From positions 1 to 33,186 of the forward strand of contig CANRCI010000003.1 of the NCBI GenBank assembly GCA_947629075.1: 33,186 nt of DNA. Direction: 5' to 3'. Shown piece by piece: positions 28,582-33,186 of this stretch (its first letter is position 1; the number at the start of each line of letters is the position of its first letter). Origin of the DNA: an uncultured Bacilli bacterium (GTDB taxonomy: Bacteria > Bacillota_I > Bacilli_A > RF39 > UBA660). Below the pieces are notes generated by a model. The model saw nothing but the letters and a program-made list of their open reading frames with translations. It was not told where the DNA came from and made no database searches. The translations under genes and the position numbers were made by a program.

Positions 28582-29807
28582 TATTCAATAGTAAATGCTT
28601 CTAGTGGATCGTCATATTCTTCTTTAGCTCCGATATACAAAGTACAGATGACGTCTCCCTCTTTTACTTCATCACCAACTAATTTATTTAGATAAACTCC
28701 AACGGTAGGATCGATTTCATCTTCTAGTTTAGTTCGCCCTGCTCCTAATTGGTTAGCAATTGTACCGATTTTTAAAGCATCGATGGCAGTTATTACTCCA
28801 CCTTTAGGACTCTTTATTTCTATTGTCTTGTCACTTACTTTTAACTGTTCTATATCGCCATCTTGTTCTTTTACAAATTCCAAGAATTTCTGATATGCCT
28901 TACCACTGGACATTGCTTCTCCCGCTTCTTTAATAGCTTCTTCTTCAGAAATGTTTTTAGCCATCATTAAGATATCTACGATAATTTTAGAACATAACTT
29001 AGTTAGATTATTTCCTTCTTTTCCTTGTAGAACATTGATTGCTTCTAAAACTTCAAGACTATTTCCAACACTATTTCCGAGTGGTGTATCCATATCACTA
29101 ATCTCAGCTCTTACTTCTTTTTTATAACGATAACCGATTCTTTCAACGATATCCTTAAATCGCAATGCTTCATCGTGACTTTTAATAAATGCACCCTTTC
29201 CCAATTTAATGTCGATAAATATCTTATCAGCTCCACTAGCTATTTTTTTACTCATGACACTGGACGCTATTAAAGGGATTGAATCAACTGTTCCCGTTAC
29301 ATCTCTTAAGGCATAAACTTTTTTATCAAGTGGTGTTAACTCATCACTACTCTCACAGATACTAAATCCAACACGATTAGTTTTATCGATAAATTCATCT
29401 AGTGTTAGATTAGTTTTAAATCCAGGAATACTTTCCAATTTATCAATTGTACCACCAGTTACTCCTAGACCACGGCCACTCATTTTAGCAACTTTTAAAC
29501 CACAACTAGCAAGAACAGGAGCTACCACTAAAGTCGTCTTATCCCCAATACCACCAGTTGAATGTTTTTCAACCTTAATGCCATCAATCTTACTCAAATC
29601 CAATTTAGTCCCACTGTCAATAAAAGTATCAGTCAAATGGAATATTTCCATATCTGTCATATCTTTTAAACATATAGCCATAAGTAAACTACTCATTTGA
29701 TAATCTGGTATTTCACCATTTAAGTAACCATTAAAAAAGTATTTAATTTCGCTGCTCGTTAATTCTTGACCAGCTTTCTTTTTATTAATTATACTAACTG
29801 CATCCAT
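28581..29807 (-). CDS. pdp: Pyrimidine-nucleoside (thymidine) phosphorylase
   Basis: Motifs KHSTGGIGDK, KMSGRGLG.TGGTIDKLESIPG, YALRDVTGTVDSIPLIASSVMSKKIA, LGAGR. Confidence 0.95.
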   Translation of the reverse strand: MDAVSIINKKKAGQELTSSEIKYFFNGYLNGEIPDYQMSSLLMAICLKDMTDMEIFHLTDTFIDSGTKLDLSKIDGIKVEKHSTGGIGDKTTLVVAPVLASCGLKVAKMSGRGLGVTGGTIDKLESIPGFKTNLTLDEFIDKTNRVGFSICESSDELTPLDKKVYALRDVTGTVDSIPLIASSVMSKKIASGADKIFIDIKLGKGAFIKSHDEALRFKDIVERIGYRYKKEVRAEISDMDTPLGNSVGNSLEVLEAINVLQGKEGNNLTKLCSKIIVDILMMAKNISEEEAIKEAGEAMSSGKAYQKFLEFVKEQDGDIEQLKVSDKTIEIKSPKGGVITAIDALKIGTIANQLGAGRTKLEDEIDPTVGVYLNKLVGDEVKEGDVICTLYIGAKEEYDDPLEAFTIE

Positions 29808-29818
29808 AAAACAATCAC

Positions 29819-30391
29819 CTATTTTCTATAATCTATTTTTTCTACTTGTCTTGCTCTTGCCAAAGCGAGACTGTTTTCTTTGACATCATCTGTTATTGTC
29901 GAACCAGCTCCCACCAAAGAATTTTTCTTCAATGTAACTGGTGCAATGATACTCGAATTACTACCGACAAAGACTTTACTTTCAATTGTCGTATCGTATT
30001 TTTGACTATCCAGTGGATTATAGTTGGCCATTACTACTCCTGCTCCAATATTCACCATATCATCCATCTTGGTATTACCAATATATGAAAGATGTTTAAT
30101 TTTATTTTGATCATTGATAATGCTATCTTTAATTTCAACAAAATTACCAATTATATTTTTATCACCGATAACTGTATTACTATGAATATGAGCAAATGGT
30201 CCAATTGTATTATCATTTCCAATTTTACTATCGACTATAACAGTATTGGATTCAATAACATTGTTTTCACCAATAACAGTTTTACCTCTAATAGTCACAT
30301 TGGGATATATTATTGTACCTTTACCGATTACGACATCATTTCCTATGTAAGTAGTATTTTCATCAATAATCTCAACATCATCAAAAACCAT
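29819..30391 (-). CDS. Stand-alone GlmU C-terminal acetyltransferase (left-handed beta-helix) domain
   Basis: Hexapeptide repeats; IGPFAH, IGNFVEIK, HLSYIG, NIGAG...ANY, FVGSNS..IAPV, GAGSTIT.DV...LA.ARARQ. No uridyltransferase domain. Start is ATG 30391 or GTG 30400. Confidence 0.85.
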   Translation of the reverse strand: MVFDDVEIIDENTTYIGNDVVIGKGTIIYPNVTIRGKTVIGENNVIESNTVIVDSKIGNDNTIGPFAHIHSNTVIGDKNIIGNFVEIKDSIINDQNKIKHLSYIGNTKMDDMVNIGAGVVMANYNPLDSQKYDTTIESKVFVGSNSSIIAPVTLKKNSLVGAGSTITDDVKENSLALARARQVEKIDYRK

Positions 30392-30465
30392 AACCTTCAC
30401 CTATTATTAATTATAACAAATTTTTTCATAATAAAACACAAAAAGAATTCATAATGAATCCTTTA

Positions 30466-30747
30466 CTACATTTCTGGTAGATATATCTCTTCTAAAAGCG
30501 ATAAATTAGAACTGATCATATCGATTAAATTTTCGCCATATCTTTCTTTTAAACCATTATATCGCTCGACAAAATTAGGATATTCAACAGAAAACAGTAC
30601 TAGACAATTCTCTATAAGTTCTTCGATAAAAGAACAGTTTTCATCCAATAAGAAAGCAATTATTTTTTTTATATTTTCAACATCTAGGCTAGATATAAAA
30701 CTTTCTTCGTATTTACTTAATAGTTCTTCGACTATCTGCTCGGCCAT
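30466..30747 (-). CDS. Small acidic helical hypothetical protein
   Basis: 93-96 aa ORF overlapping the end of the upstream repeat gene; ATG 30747 follows AAAGGA; a hairpin follows the stop. Confidence 0.65.
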   Translation of the reverse strand: MAEQIVEELLSKYEESFISSLDVENIKKIIAFLLDENCSFIEELIENCLVLFSVEYPNFVERYNGLKERYGENLIDMISSNLSLLEEIYLPEM

Positions 30748-31834
30748 TTTTATCATTTCCTTTTTTATATTTTACCAATTTTTTTAAATCAATACCGTAT
30801 TGTGCTTTCAATCCCTCATTTGAAGTATTGATTATCGGATTTATTTTCCTATCTTTAAAGAAAGGAATTTGATTATCATCCATATATTCAAATAAAGCTC
30901 TTCTCTCATTTGCGTTGAACTGGATAGCAGTTGGGGTTACAAAGTTATCTATACCATACTCTTTGTAGAGTTCAAAAATATTAACTATCGTTTCTAGTTT
31001 TACTCTAAAAATGATTGAGGTAAACAGATGACTGTAACCATCTGCCCAGTATGATAGATTTATTTTCTTACGAATACTTTCAGGTTTGTCTTTCCAAATA
31101 CCTGGTTTAAGAAGGTGCTGGTATTGTTTGTTTTTCCACTCGGGCATCGATAAAATGTTAAATACTTTTTCTTTACTATTACCCCAGATACTACCAGTAA
31201 GTAGATTTTTAAACACCGGATCGTCCCAAACTGATTGTGCTTTTAATATTTCATCCTTTTCCCAACTTTTCTTCATATGCAGTATTTCTACTACATCGCG
31301 GTAGTTACTTTTCCAAATATTTTTTGTCAATAACGGTCTAAATTTAGGATCTTGCCATTCTGGTAGGGATAAAATTTTTTTTACTTCTTCATAACTACAA
31401 CGCCAGATATTAGAACTCAATACCTCTTCAAAATCAGAATCTTCCCATTCTTTCATATGAAGGATTCCATTGACGTCTTCATAATTACTATTCCAAATAT
31501 TGGGTGTCAAAAGCTTTTTAAAACGAAACTCATCCCACTCCTTCATATCCACAATTTTAGAAATATTTTCATAATTGCTATTCCAGATAGTCGGAGTTAA
31601 TAAATTTTTAAACTTTGCATCTTTTAACTTTGCAATCGATAAAACATTTTTTATCTCTTCGTAACTACTGTTCCATATATTACTACTAAGTAAAGCGTTA
31701 AAAGGTTCCTCTTGCAATTCGGACATTGCCATTATTTTAGTTATTTCATCGATACTTCTTTCAAAAAAACGATCATTGATTAAATCGGTTCGGCCATTCA
31801 AAGCTCTAATTTTTTCATCTCTCAACTGATCCAT
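30713..31834 (-). CDS. Trp-rich 30-aa tandem repeat protein
   Basis: Consensus LLTxxIWxSxYExxxxILxMxEWxDxxFxx, with Trp at residues 54, 84, 114, 144, 174, 217 and 247. Confidence 0.85.
   Translation of the reverse strand: MDQLRDEKIRALNGRTDLINDRFFERSIDEITKIMAMSELQEEPFNALLSSNIWNSSYEEIKNVLSIAKLKDAKFKNLLTPTIWNSNYENISKIVDMKEWDEFRFKKLLTPNIWNSNYEDVNGILHMKEWEDSDFEEVLSSNIWRCSYEEVKKILSLPEWQDPKFRPLLTKNIWKSNYRDVVEILHMKKSWEKDEILKAQSVWDDPVFKNLLTGSIWGNSKEKVFNILSMPEWKNKQYQHLLKPGIWKDKPESIRKKINLSYWADGYSHLFTSIIFRVKLETIVNIFELYKEYGIDNFVTPTAIQFNANERRALFEYMDDNQIPFFKDRKINPIINTSNEGLKAQYGIDLKKLVKYKKGNDKNGRADSRRTIK
31004..31783 (-). repeat. Degenerate 90-nt coding tandem repeats (7 clear and about 2 degenerate units)
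   Basis: Recurring TTCRTAAYTRCT(A/G)TTCCANATA-like motif at 90-nt spacing on the plus strand, with one 39-nt insertion. Confidence 0.85.
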
Positions 31835-31852
31835 ACTATCACCTACACTAAA

Positions 31853-31881
31853 ATTTTACTTTGTTTAATTAGTGATGTCAA
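31853..31881 (-). promoter_or_regulatory. SigA promoter of the repeat-protein operon
   Basis: TTGACA-N17-TAAAAT. Confidence 0.7.
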
Positions 31882-31909
31882 TTGTAAAAAAAATAAAAAG
31901 AGATAAACA

Positions 31910-32266
31910 TTATCTCAATTTTTTCTCTAATAATTCTATTCCTCTTTTAGGGTTAACCATTATCATTTCGTATAAGTGATGATGGTTTCTTATTTCTTTA
32001 ATAAATTCTATTTCGGAATTGGACATTTTGATAGTATAACTATCATGATTATCACTGATAACATATTTATCATTACCTAGGAAATAATCGATGTTGACGT
32101 TGAAGATATTTGATAAATCTAACAAGGTTTCAAGCGACGGAATTCTTGTCCCCTTTTCATAGCAACAAACACTGACCTTCGTTACATTTAACAAATTACC
32201 TAGTTGTTGCTGCGTCATATTTTGATTTTTTCTCAATTCTTTTATACGTTTACCAAGTAAAATCAT
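31910..32266 (-). CDS. XRE/Cro-C1 family HTH transcriptional regulator
   Basis: LGKRIKELRK...MTQQQLG..LNVTKVSVCCYEKGTRIPSLETL. Confidence 0.92.
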   Translation of the reverse strand: MILLGKRIKELRKNQNMTQQQLGNLLNVTKVSVCCYEKGTRIPSLETLLDLSNIFNVNIDYFLGNDKYVISDNHDSYTIKMSNSEIEFIKEIRNHHHLYEMIMVNPKRGIELLEKKLR

Positions 32267-32351
32267 ATAAACACTTCCTAGTAATTTTGATAAACCAATT
32301 ATAAATAAACGAAATTTGCTTTTGTTTGAAGTTAACTAAAAAGAAACAATT

Positions 32352-32678
32352 CTAGTTATTTTTGCTACTTAAAAACGTAACTTTTTCAGCGATTACTTCT
32401 AAAACGCTTTTCTTTTTATCATCTTCTTCAACTACTCTACTCTGTAAACGTCCACGAATGCCAACGATATCTCCTTTATTGCAATACTCCCTAGTATTTT
32501 TAGCAACCGCATCCCAGAGAATACATTCAATAAAATCAGTATCGTATTCACCATTCATATTTTTAAAGCTCCTTGGTACCGCCAGTGTAAGATAAGATAG
32601 TGTTTTGTTATTAGTATCATTGTTATAGAGCTCTGGTTTTTTAACCACTCTTCCTACTAAAACAATTTGATTCAACAT
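32352..32678 (-). CDS. ssb: Single-stranded DNA-binding protein, short SsbB-like form
   Basis: MLNQIVLVGR...TLAVPR.FKN..GEYDTDFI.C.LW...KG..VGIRGRLQSR; ends right after the OB fold. Confidence 0.9.
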   Translation of the reverse strand: MLNQIVLVGRVVKKPELYNNDTNNKTLSYLTLAVPRSFKNMNGEYDTDFIECILWDAVAKNTREYCNKGDIVGIRGRLQSRVVEEDDKKKSVLEVIAEKVTFLSSKNN

Positions 32679-32714
32679 ATTATTCCTCCTTTCAGAGAGG
32701 TACTATAACACATT

Positions 32715-32742
32715 AAAAAAAGCACCTCAAATGGTGCTTTTT
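32715..32742 (-). terminator. Probable terminator downstream of sufB
   Basis: AAAAAGCACC/GGTGCTTTTT stem with T7 on the minus strand. Confidence 0.65.
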
Positions 32743-32840
32743 CCAAATTAAATAACTTAATTTTTATAAAATATTTTTTTCTATATAAGAAATTTTGAAA
32801 GTTAATAATTATTGTGTATAAAATATTTAAAACTTAAGTT

Positions 32841-33186
32841 TTATAAATTATTTTTTAATAGTTGATTTAATTCAACAGCATACTCCATTGGCAATTCTTC
32901 ACGAAATTTCTCAATGAATCCTAGAATGATTAATTCAATAGCTTTTTCCCTAGGGAGACCACGGCTCATCAGATAAAACAATTTTTCTTCACTTACCTTT
33001 GAGACGGTTGCTTCATGTTCTAGTGAACTAGTAGTGTTTCTCACAATATTAGTAGGATAAGTATCGCTTTTTGACAACTCATCCAATATCAGAGTATCAC
33101 ATTTAACCATAGCTTCACTACCAACAGCTTTTTCTTTAATATCTACTTTACCGCGGTAATTGCTCTGGCCACCGTCACGGGCAATA
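32841..33186 (-). CDS. sufB: Fe-S cluster assembly protein SufB, 3' part (5' end outside the window)
   Basis: ...NYRGKV...CDTLILD..S.SDTYP...[21 protein letters not shown]...[13 protein letters not shown]. Confidence 0.95.
   Translation of the reverse strand, partial: IARDGGQSNYRGKVDIKEKAVGSEAMVKCDTLILDELSKSDTYPTNIVRNTTSSLEHEATVSKVSEEKLFYLMSRGLPREKAIELIILGFIEKFREELPMEYAVELNQLLKNNL

Noticed and set aside
31004-31783. 90-nt periodic repeats considered as a CRISPR array or DGR template
   Set aside because: The repeats are degenerate, in frame and conserved at protein level; no spacers, cas genes or reverse transcriptase are present.
32768-32780. AAAA-N5-TTTT upstream of ssb considered as a ComK box
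   Set aside because: Only a single AT-box with no correctly spaced partner, in extremely AT-rich DNA.

Overview
AT-rich chromosomal window (standard code 11; scpA ends in a TGA stop) from a low-GC Bacillota genome. Gene content suggests a reduced gut Bacilli lineage such as RF39, but this is inferred. Almost all genes are on the minus strand. From left to right: a 3'-truncated type-2 ileS with an Ile T-box; a Lys-rich membrane-anchored protein; a CmpB/TMEM229-like protein; a fucO-like Fe-ADH and an ALDH-fold gene; two large acidic proteins (DUF4272-like and SUKH-like domains); an MBL/thioredoxin/flavin reductase-rubredoxin cluster; lemA-DUF2207; two surface proteins; tRNA-Leu(CAA); scpAB; and a Bacillus-syntenic sporulation block (pdp-dacF-spoIIAA'-sigF-spoVAC-spoVAD-spoVAE). 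After that come an M15 carboxypeptidase, a stand-alone GlmU acetyltransferase domain, a 30-aa tandem repeat protein with a small partner, an XRE regulator, a tail-less ssb and the 3' end of sufB. The most unusual features are: (1) a spoIIA operon with no spoIIAB, a half-length SpoIIAA and an N-terminally short SigF, yet with two perfect Spo0A boxes; (2) a Trp-rich 30-aa repeat protein with mTERF-like character; (3) an ALDH lacking its catalytic Cys and Asn next to fucO; (4) an IleRS2 with GLHH/KMHKS signature motifs; (5) a candidate structured sRNA. No transposase, integrase or CRISPR array was seen. All family calls come from reading motifs by eye; no searches were run.
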